Source: Ignicoccus islandicus DSM 13165
GTDB taxonomy: Archaea; Thermoproteota; Thermoprotei_A; Sulfolobales; Ignicoccaceae
Reading direction: 5' to 3'
Assembly (NCBI RefSeq): GCF_001481685.1
Contig: NZ_CP006867.1
Location: 300,001-332,000 of the forward strand
DNA length: 32,000 bases
This document shows positions 16,703 through 24,767 of this stretch, piece by piece; within the stretch, counting starts at the first letter, position 1, and the number at the start of each line of letters is the position of its first letter. The notes under the pieces are model-generated. The model was not told where the DNA came from. It searched no databases and worked only from the letters and a program-made list of their open reading frames with translations. The position numbers and the translations under genes are program-made.

Positions 16703-17437
16703 ATGGAAGGTATAGAACTAATGAAAGACCTCTACTTGTTGCCCTTCGGCGGAATTCTTTATAAAGATTATGTTATAATAGCCGACCTTCACTTAGGCTT
16801 CGAAGAGGAAATGTTGAGTAAGGGAGTTTACTTACCGCCAGCTCAATTAAAGAGGGCCTTGGAAGTTCTGGAACTCGCTACCAAGCTTTCCAAAAAGATC
16901 GTAGTAGCGGGCGACTTGAAGCACATGTTTTCCAAGCTTGGAAAGAGGGAACAGAGGGACGTTAAGGCCTTCTTGGACAGGGCCGAGATGTTAGACGTCG
17001 AACTAGTCTTGGTAAGAGGGAACCACGACAACTTCGTGAGGCACTTACTAGAGGAAAGGGGCTTTGACGTAGTTACCCAATTGGACTTGGGAGAAGTGAA
17101 GGTAGTTCACGGTCACGAGCGAGTTGAGTGGGACGGTATCATACTCATGGGTCACGAGCACCCGAGCTTGGGCGTTAGGGACGAAATAGGCGTGTCCGTT
17201 AAGTTCCCATGCTTCCTAAGGGTTCCGCTTGACAAGGGAGAGGCGATAGTACTCCCAGCCATAGGTCCTTATCAGACCGGAAACAACGTAAGCTTACATA
17301 AGGAGGCCTACCTATCTCCAATAATTAGAGATAGAGGGAGAATTGAAGAGGCCGTGCCTTACGTAATTGACGAGGAATTGAGCGTAATAGAGTTCCCGTC
17401 GCTCGGGCTACTTGAAGGCATGCTCCTCGTTCAATAG
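16703..17437 (+). CDS. Metallophosphoesterase, archaeal MJ0037-like
   Basis: 'IIADLHLGFE', 'VVAGDLKHMFSK', 'LVLVRGNHDNFV', 'KVVHGHE', 'IILMGHEHP'. Confidence 0.85.
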   Translation: MEGIELMKDLYLLPFGGILYKDYVIIADLHLGFEEEMLSKGVYLPPAQLKRALEVLELATKLSKKIVVAGDLKHMFSKLGKREQRDVKAFLDRAEMLDVELVLVRGNHDNFVRHLLEERGFDVVTQLDLGEVKVVHGHERVEWDGIILMGHEHPSLGVRDEIGVSVKFPCFLRVPLDKGEAIVLPAIGPYQTGNNVSLHKEAYLSPIIRDRGRIEEAVPYVIDEELSVIEFPSLGLLEGMLLVQ

Positions 17438-17632
17438 CTCGTCTTCAACGCGTCTCCAATTCTTCATTGACGGTCTTATTCTTATTTCGCAACGCTCGTG
17501 GTCTACCTTTACCTCGAACTCCTCTCCACAGATCTCGACGAATCCCTTAGGAACGTAAACGTGAAGGTGATACTCTATATATTCCTTGTCGTACCTCTTT
17601 TTAACAACCTTCTTTACCCTTACCAACGTCAA
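17408..17632 (-). CDS. Conserved hypothetical protein, 74 aa
   Basis: Compact ORF with beta-rich pattern. Converges with, and overlaps, the phosphoesterase gene by 30 nt. Confidence 0.5.
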   Translation of the reverse strand: MTLVRVKKVVKKRYDKEYIEYHLHVYVPKGFVEICGEEFEVKVDHERCEIRIRPSMKNWRRVEDELLNEEHAFK

Positions 17633-17705
17633 CTCCTCACAACGTACCTTTGAGAAGTGAATTTAACTGATTGACCCATTTTGCGTTGCAAAAAAGCGTG
17701 GAACG

Positions 17706-18482
17706 TTACGTGCTTCGTACGACTGACTCTGGGTTTGGGGAGCTGGGTTGACTAGTCGCTTGGAGCTTCTCTATGCTCCTCTTGGAGTATGTGTATATCA
17801 GTATTAGCGCTACGAAGAGGGCTGTGTCACCTATCATGTTCTCTGATGTGTTAATCGATATGGATTTTATTATTTTTAGTAGCCACGCTACCATGTATAG
17901 TATCCCCGCTACCTTGAAGCCGTCCTCAATGCCCTCGATCTCCGAGAGTCTTATTAACATAGTCCCGAAGCGCCAGATGCCTATAACGATTAGCACTGCA
18001 CCCGCTAGTAGAGCGCTTATCAATACAAGAATTATTGGAGTCAGCTTCGTGGATTCCGCTCCGTAAGGAATCGCTGCTAACACAAAAAGAAATAAAAGAT
18101 CTACCACGATAATCACTAAGCCTATCAGATGAAGCATCAGCCCTGACCTACCTATGCCAAGCCTCTGGGAATCGAATTCTCTTAACTTACCAGTTGCACG
18201 AAGCCACAGGATGATAGCAGCTATCTCGAATACCGTAAAAACGAGAATGGCTCCCGGTACTGCTCCTTCAACAGGAATAGTACCGCTTAATGTTGTAGGT
18301 ACTACTACTATTGTAGGCACTACTACAGCGAACAGTGCGAGAAGAGCACCCGCCTTAAGCCCCTTTAGAGCCTCTATCAACAGCGCCTTGTCCGACACAA
18401 CCTCTGTCGCTCTACCCACGTCCATCCTCTCAACAAATTGTGCTTCTCCGAACCTAATAAAATTACTAATGCATACCACCAC
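17706..18482 (-). CDS. DUF973-like membrane protein
   Basis: N-terminal 'ALKGLKAGALLALFAVVV', several TM helices, and 'LIVIGIWRFG…YMVAWLLKII' resemble archaeal DUF973 proteins. Confidence 0.6.
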   Translation of the reverse strand: MVVCISNFIRFGEAQFVERMDVGRATEVVSDKALLIEALKGLKAGALLALFAVVVPTIVVVPTTLSGTIPVEGAVPGAILVFTVFEIAAIILWLRATGKLREFDSQRLGIGRSGLMLHLIGLVIIVVDLLFLFVLAAIPYGAESTKLTPIILVLISALLAGAVLIVIGIWRFGTMLIRLSEIEGIEDGFKVAGILYMVAWLLKIIKSISINTSENMIGDTALFVALILIYTYSKRSIEKLQATSQPSSPNPESVVRST

Positions 18483-19280
18483 GCCAGTAAGTACCGAGGA
18501 ACGCCATCCGTGCTACAATTAAGCGAAAGCTTGTTTCAGAAATATGGGTAAGGGGATACAAAGCACATACTGGTATGTTCTGGATCATGCTATGAGACTA
18601 TGGGTGAGGACGTAGCGTAAGTGTAGCATGAGCGTGGTGGAGTACTCTCAAATGGGGGATCCCTCCGCATACCAAGGGACTCGCACGAACTTGAGCGTAC
18701 AGAGCGGACCCTTCAAGGCGTTAGAGAAGAGGCTAGAGACCCGCTCCTCAATAACAGCAGTAAAGCATAAACACATACCGGAAAAGTCGTCAACGCACTA
18801 CCTAATTAAGAGCGAGGTACTTACGCCAGAAAAGAGGTACGTTCCATCCACTCGACGCGTAGGCTCAGTCCTCTGAACGAATACTCAAATACGCCCGTAA
18901 ACGCGTTATAAGTTGCTTTGCACGGTAATGAACGGTTGTATACGTTTGCACCACCATGAGATGGGTTCCAAGAGAGCGGTTCGTGAGGGGATGCGTTTAA
19001 GCGGAAGGTTTGAGGTTAAGGGGCCTTTCCCTAACCCTCATGAAGTTTAATGACTACTGGCGCTCTGAGGGAGTTGTGCCCCCTCCCTCGCGGGAAGCGT
19101 CCGCACAATTGGGTGGAACTTCCATCGCACTGCGGCTCGTCTGGAATTTCGATACTGAGTAGCTAGGAGGTATTGCAAACTATTAGAAGTTACGCTAGCC
19201 CGAAACAGCCTTTATGTGAGCGACCTTCCCACGCCCCCTAAAGAACGTAAATACAGTTAAAGGCTGCTCGTTCTGGAGCT

Positions 19281-20720
19281 TTAAACTAAGTAGCTCAAGT
19301 CAACTGGTATCCTAACCCTCTTTCCTATTAAGTTTACGACGTCGCCTTCCATGGAATTAATTACCTCCACTAAGTCCTCCATTCCGCCGCTCACGTTCGT
19401 TCTCTTCGAGGCTCCGAAGTCCCACTTCCTTATGAACAACTTCCCTTCCTTTGCTTCGTTCTCACCGATGTAAATTACTACGGGCGGTTTGAGAGTGCCT
19501 TCGACCTTCCTTACGTCTTTCTTGAGCCTAGTCTTGGTCGAATACATGGAGGAAACCCTAATTTCCATCTCTCGTAACTTCGATTCAACTTCCTTTACCA
19601 TTTCATCGATCTTAGAATCCACTTCCTCGTTCCCCGTCTTTATTCCTACTACTAGCGCTTGCAAGGGGGCTAAGGTAAAGGGTAACCTACCTTTGAACAT
19701 TTCCAAGTAAATTCCTATGAATCTCTCTATGCTCCCAAGTAAGGCTCTATGGATCATGTACAAGTCCTCTATTCCATGCGTTTCCTTAACTAGTTCCGCT
19801 AGCTTGAACCTCCTAGGCAAGTTGAAATCGAACTGGGCGGTACCTATCTGCCATTCCTTCCTTTCCTCGCCTAGGTATACAACCAAGTCTAGCTTGGGAC
19901 CATAGAACGCTGCCTCCCCTTCCTGAGCGAAGTATTCTATTCCATATTTCCTCTTAATTTCGTCCGCAGCCTTGTGGAGCATTTCCTCGGAGAACTCCCA
20001 TTCCTCCCTCGAGCCCATGAACTCTTCGCCTATTTTTGACTTATCAGATAAGCTTAACCTTAGCTTCACGCTCTCAGCGGTAACGGGTATGTGGAAGATC
20101 TTCTCGTATACGTCCTTCATCATTTCAAATACTTCGAGGATCGCCGGTAGTACGTTCGCTTGATTAGCGAATATGTGGGCGTCGTCTTGGGTGAAGGCCC
20201 TAACTCTCAGCAAACCCCTGAGAGCTCCAGCTATCTCGTATCTATGAACTTTACCCAGTTCGAACGTCTTGAAAGGTATCGGTACCTTGGAACCGTACTT
20301 CTGAAGGGAATGCATGAATATTAATACGTGGAAGGGACAATTCATGGGCTTTATTGCGTACTCGTCTCCCTCTATGTTTAATAGAAACATGTTCTCTTTA
20401 TAAAAATGAAGGTGACCGGTCAATTCGTAAAGCGTAGTTCTGGCTAGGATGGGCGTCTCAACTAGCTTATACCCCTTGAGAACGTGGTACCTCTTAAAGA
20501 TCTCACCTAAGGCTTCCCTCAAGACGGCCCCTCCTACGCTGAAGAGGGGGTTCCCCGCTCCAACGTAGTATCCGTATTCGTTTCCTATCTTCGGAACCGG
20601 TGTGGTTGGTTTAACCGCTATATCAAGTTCGACCGCGTAATCCATGTGGTCTTTCTGCATCTCATAGGTCCCACTTACAGGAATTACGAGGACGTAAAGA
20701 ACTGCTACGTCTACGTTCAA
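19281..20720 (-). CDS. thrS: Threonyl-tRNA synthetase, catalytic + anticodon-binding domains only (no N-terminal editing domain)
   Basis: 'TTLYELTGHLHFYKENMF', 'YAIKPMNCPFHVLIF', 'RYEIAGALRGLLRVRAFTQDDAHIFA', 'FYGPKLDLVV', 'WQIGTAQFDFNLPRRF', 'MIHRALLGSIERFIGI'. The true start is probably internal. Confidence 0.92.
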   Translation of the reverse strand: MNVDVAVLYVLVIPVSGTYEMQKDHMDYAVELDIAVKPTTPVPKIGNEYGYYVGAGNPLFSVGGAVLREALGEIFKRYHVLKGYKLVETPILARTTLYELTGHLHFYKENMFLLNIEGDEYAIKPMNCPFHVLIFMHSLQKYGSKVPIPFKTFELGKVHRYEIAGALRGLLRVRAFTQDDAHIFANQANVLPAILEVFEMMKDVYEKIFHIPVTAESVKLRLSLSDKSKIGEEFMGSREEWEFSEEMLHKAADEIKRKYGIEYFAQEGEAAFYGPKLDLVVYLGEERKEWQIGTAQFDFNLPRRFKLAELVKETHGIEDLYMIHRALLGSIERFIGIYLEMFKGRLPFTLAPLQALVVGIKTGNEEVDSKIDEMVKEVESKLREMEIRVSSMYSTKTRLKKDVRKVEGTLKPPVVIYIGENEAKEGKLFIRKWDFGASKRTNVSGGMEDLVEVINSMEGDVVNLIGKRVRIPVDLSYLV

Positions 20721-20772
20721 CTATCAACGACTCCTCTCCTATACTTTAACCTTCCTAATCGAAATCGATCTG

Positions 20773-21396
20773 GTGGAAAGTTTGTGTTGGGAGACCGCTC
20801 GGGCCTCCAGTTTGTTGAGGTTAAAGAAAGACATTGAGGAAGGGCTAGTTGACGAGGAATTGATAGAGCTATTGAAAGCTCTAAACGAGAACGAAATGCT
20901 GTTTACCACTTCTAGTTGCGCTGGGAGGATAACCCTAGGGTGTAGCGACGATTTCCTAAACAACAAGGTAGCAGCTAATAACGTTATAGTTAGTCATTCG
21001 CCAGTGAGCGTCGACCTAGTACTCAATGCGTTAAAGGGAATGGAGTGCAAGTGGAGCTGGTTGAAGGCCTCTCATCCGCTCTTAGACATAGCAGTAAAGG
21101 ACTTGGACTTAGCTTTGGATCTAGTTGGCTTCGCTCAGAGAGCAGGCTTCAAGTATTCGGGCATACAGAGGTCCAGGTGCTGTTATAGAGTGATAGTTAG
21201 GGGTTCGGATAACTTGCAGGCCCCGCTGACTGGCAACGAGGATCCGAAGACCGTAGCCAAGCTCGTAGGAACTGCCAACAGGTTCCTCATTAACGGGAAG
21301 CTGAAGCTAACTAAGTTCGTTAGCATCTTAGAATCCGAAGGAGTAATCGATGGACTCGATGAGCTCCTACTTGAGGATCTGTTCGACTCTCCTTAG
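20773..21396 (+). CDS. taw3: tRNA wybutosine-modifying protein Tyw3/Taw3 family
   Basis: 'FTTSSCAGRITL', 'WSWLKASHPLLD', 'AGFKYSGIQRSR...YRVIVRGSDNLQAPL'. Confidence 0.85.
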   Translation: MESLCWETARASSLLRLKKDIEEGLVDEELIELLKALNENEMLFTTSSCAGRITLGCSDDFLNNKVAANNVIVSHSPVSVDLVLNALKGMECKWSWLKASHPLLDIAVKDLDLALDLVGFAQRAGFKYSGIQRSRCCYRVIVRGSDNLQAPLTGNEDPKTVAKLVGTANRFLINGKLKLTKFVSILESEGVIDGLDELLLEDLFDSP

Positions 21397-21648
21397 GATC
21401 TTCTCTATGTCCTCCAACCTGAAGTTACCTTCTACGCGCCTTATTTCCTTCCAGTCCTCATCGTAAATAACTATCGCGGGAAGCCAACTTATACCCTTCT
21501 CTTTCAATATTTTGCTAGTTTCCGCGCTATATTCGACCTTGATAGTGATGAGCTCGCCTTTGTAGAGCCTCTTGAGCTCCCTCCATACGTGCTCTACGTC
21601 GGAACAAGTTGGGCAGTACTTGGAGGTATAGAAGACCGCGAATAACAC
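21367..21648 (-). CDS. Thioredoxin-like protein with CPTC motif
   Basis: 'MLFAVFYTSKYCPTCSDVEHVWREL ... ISWLPAIVIYD'. Confidence 0.75.
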   Translation of the reverse strand: MLFAVFYTSKYCPTCSDVEHVWRELKRLYKGELITIKVEYSAETSKILKEKGISWLPAIVIYDEDWKEIRRVEGNFRLEDIEKILRRVEQILK

Positions 21649-21729
21649 TTTTCCGTTCCCTGCAGGAAAGTCGCGGTTCTCCTTAAAAAATTGTAATACT
21701 GAGGAATTACTTTCAGTTCCCTTCCAAAT

Positions 21730-22956
21730 TCATCTGCACCTAACGACCTTCAGCTTGGAAACGCCTTCCCTAACCTTTCTCAGAGCTTCCTCTACGGTTG
21801 AGCCGGTAGCTATCGCAACTCCCATCCTCCTCTCGACGTAGCTCCTCGGTTTACCGAACCACCACAGGTGGAAGCCACGTACCTTCAGCGCCTCCCTTAC
21901 CCCCTCCAAACAAGGGGCCTCGATTTCCTCGCTAGCCAGTATTACCTTACTAGCCGCAGGAGTTAGGAGCTTCGGTAAGGGCACGGGAAGACCTAGGACC
22001 GCTCTAGCGTGGATGGCGAACTCGCTTAGTTCCATACTGGCCAGAGTAACCAAACCGGTATCGTGGGGCCTCGGAGACACTTCGCTGAAGAGAACCCTAC
22101 CGTCCTTAGTAACTAGTATTTCAACACCGAATATACCGAGTCCGCCTAAGGCTTCCACTACCTTCTCAGCTATTCCTTGCGCTTTCGAAATTACTTCCTC
22201 GCTTACAGTAGCGGGATGCCAAGATTCGTAATAATAGTATATACCCTTGGGCCTTTGATGCTCCACGGGAACCAACGGAACCGTTTCGATTCCATTACCG
22301 GTATCGTGTCTGTACGTTAAGGCGGTGAGTTCGGTCGCCACCTCAACGAACTCTTCAACTATAACCTTCTCGCTCTTACCCCTCGCGTGAGCAATCGCTT
22401 CCTTGAACGCCTTCTTAGCTTCCTCTTTATTGGAAGCTAAGGCGTGACCGTGACCGGAAGAGCTCATTTCGGGTTTTATTAAACACGGAAAACCTACGGC
22501 CTCGCACGCCTCAGCCGCTTCGTCTTCATTGAATGCGAACTTGTACTTGGTAGTGGACACGCCAACCTTCTCGGCCGCGAACTCTCTCAACCTAAGCCTA
22601 TTCATAGTTATTCCAACGGCTTCCGCGTTCGGAATTACCCTATAACCTTCGGCCTCCAAGTCTTTTAATGCATCTAAGTTGATCGCCTCCACTTCGGGAA
22701 TTACTACGTCCGGATGTTCCCTCCTGACGACGTCCACAACTTGATCGTAATCGAGCATGTTTATTACGTACCTTTTATGGGCCACGTGCATCGCCGGAGC
22801 GCGGTCGTATCTATCGACCGCAATCGTCTCGATACCCAACCTCTGGAGCTCTATGACCACTTCCTTCCCTAGTTCCCCCGATCCAAGCAATAGCGCCTTA
22901 TTTGCGGAGGAGGTCCAAGCAGTTCCAAGTAGTTTGATCATAAGAATTTCCACCAA
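21730..22956 (-). CDS. purT: Formate-dependent phosphoribosylglycinamide formyltransferase (ATP-grasp)
   Basis: 'LLLGSGELGKEVVIELQRLGIETIAVDRY', 'VIPEVEAI', 'KPEMSSSGHG', 'GLGIFGVEILV', 'FSEVSPRPHDTGLVTL'. Confidence 0.92.
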   Translation of the reverse strand: MVEILMIKLLGTAWTSSANKALLLGSGELGKEVVIELQRLGIETIAVDRYDRAPAMHVAHKRYVINMLDYDQVVDVVRREHPDVVIPEVEAINLDALKDLEAEGYRVIPNAEAVGITMNRLRLREFAAEKVGVSTTKYKFAFNEDEAAEACEAVGFPCLIKPEMSSSGHGHALASNKEEAKKAFKEAIAHARGKSEKVIVEEFVEVATELTALTYRHDTGNGIETVPLVPVEHQRPKGIYYYYESWHPATVSEEVISKAQGIAEKVVEALGGLGIFGVEILVTKDGRVLFSEVSPRPHDTGLVTLASMELSEFAIHARAVLGLPVPLPKLLTPAASKVILASEEIEAPCLEGVREALKVRGFHLWWFGKPRSYVERRMGVAIATGSTVEEALRKVREGVSKLKVVRCR

Positions 22957-23062
22957 GACCTCTAGTTCAAAGTCGTTACATTAACTTTATCGTCATAGGG
23001 TAATACCCGCACTCTTACGTGAAATAAACTCAGTTAGAAATCCTAACAGTGAGGGACGAATC

Positions 23063-23539
23063 GTGGAAGAAGTAATTAAGTTCTCGAAAGATGGTATCGA
23101 AGCACTAGTGGCGCCTTGCAGCGAACTGGAAAAGGAGCTCACTTCCAATGACTTCGTCATTTTAATAGGAAAAAAGGGTAAATTGGAAGCGGAGGCGGAA
23201 ACCGCTTCAGTAGAGGTTACCAAGGACTCCATAAAGTCTATGGATCAATTCGTTGATGTATTGAAGAAAGCAATTGAAGCATTGGAGAATGGAAGGAGAA
23301 TAGCCGCTTGTTGTCCTAAAGGGTGTACTAGGTCCACTATGGCAGTGTCAGCCGCTCTAATAGCCTACGGCGTTCCGTACAAGGAACTGGAGGAATTCTT
23401 CACGGAAAAGGGATGTTGGCCTAAGAGCTGTACTCACAGAGCCCTGCTAATGATTCTGGAGTACTTAAGGAGGAAAGGAATTACTGGCACAGAAGCCGTA
23501 GAGGAACTCAAGAACGTGGCCGACCTATTCTCTAAGTAA
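23063..23539 (+). CDS. Putative cysteine-based (tyrosine/dual-specificity) phosphatase-like protein
   Basis: P-loop-like Cx5R(S/T) motif 'CCPKGCTRSTMAVSAAL' followed by helical segments and a second Cys-rich 'KGCWPKSCTHR'. Confidence 0.45.
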   Translation: MEEVIKFSKDGIEALVAPCSELEKELTSNDFVILIGKKGKLEAEAETASVEVTKDSIKSMDQFVDVLKKAIEALENGRRIAACCPKGCTRSTMAVSAALIAYGVPYKELEEFFTEKGCWPKSCTHRALLMILEYLRRKGITGTEAVEELKNVADLFSK

Positions 23540-24147
23540 TTACTTAATCAACTTTTTGGTTCATTTCCGACTTATCACTCACTTCTTCTCTATATTCGTT
23601 ACTACGCTTGGACGTTTGCAGTAGTAACTGCTATAGAGATGTTGCGCTTGCATAAATTTAGCATTCACCATCCCATGGTGAATCCTCATCTCCACCTCTT
23701 GTCCAAATTCGCTTTTCCATTTACTCACAATCAATTCACTCATTCCCTTAACCTTAACCATTTGAATTCAGAATTAATGGTCTTCTTAAGCACCTTCAGT
23801 TTCTACCAGCCTTCCCAATTGTTAATTTCATTTCAACTTAATCAATTAGCATTGTATTTGCAAAATCAAACGTAATTTACCAATTCAGAGCTCAGGCCAT
23901 CAGTACAAGGTTCTTTCAAGATCGATCTTTACAATGAGAAGGTGCTTAGAGGCGTTAATAAGCGATCATGAGAACTCTGATGATCATGGGGATTTCTACT
24001 CCAGCCTACCTTATACAAGCATATGCATGCATATATTGGACAACTACTTGAGTTTAAGTTCGAAGAGGGAAGATATGGTTGAGGAAAGGCAGATGAAGGG
24101 AAAGGGTTAAAAAGTGAGAAAGAGGTTGTTTAAATAGGAGGGCAACG

Positions 24148-24508
24148 GTAGAGATCCAATAGGGAATAGAAAGTCCATCTCTTCAAACAAGTCCCTGAGA
24201 TTCTCTGATAAGAGGTAGAGATCCAATAGGGAATAGAAAGTCGTTCACTGTGAACGGTAGGTCTGCGATAATTAATATCGAGTAGAGTCCCAATAGGGAA
24301 TAGAAAGTTTACAGAAACTTCAACTTCAAAGTGTGGTGTACAATTGTAGAGTCCCAATAGGGAATAGAAAGCGAGTTCACGCACCCCCTCCTGTACTCGA
24401 TTCATTTCATCAAAGTAGAATCCCAATAGGGAATAGAAATATTCTAGATAGTGAATTCGAAGAAGAAAATGAGGGAAAGAGGGTAGAATCCCAATAGGGA
24501 ACAGAAAG
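24148..24508 (+). CRISPR. CRISPR array: 6 repeats of 26 nt (GTAGARWYCCAATAGGGAAYAGAAAG), 5 spacers of 41, 41, 38, 43 and 42 nt
   Basis: Repeats at 24148-24173, 24215-24240, 24282-24307, 24346-24371, 24415-24440, 24483-24508. Unique spacers. Repeat end 'ATAGAAAG' resembles an archaeal 8-nt crRNA 5' handle. TATA-like 'gtttaaat' lies upstream at ~24129-24136. Confidence 0.95.
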
Positions 24509-24767
24509 TTACACCCGTAGTAACCTTTGCGATTACGCACTATCCCATGGAATTTCTCTGAAAAGAATCAGAACTTTCCTTCACAACCTTCGCGACATTA
24601 AATTATTGGAAACGCAGAGGCGCCCGTTTCCTATTAATAGATCAATTGCAAAATTATGGACTAATTACGTCCATTCTCGTTAAGGTGACCTCGTTCAAGC
24701 TAATTTGAAGTTTAGAGCGAAAAATTCGAGTGAACCGCGGGAAACGGGAGAACTAAGGTATTGAAAA

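Noticed and set aside
23639-23875. 78-aa plus-strand and 60-aa minus-strand ORFs in the AT-rich tract
   Set aside because: Leu/His/Asn-rich low-complexity translation, no motif, and both frames open by composition.
24130-24540. 136-aa minus-strand ORF across the CRISPR array
   Set aside because: Its repetitive peptide (…YSLLG/YCNT…FLFPIG…) is an artefact of translating the CRISPR repeats.
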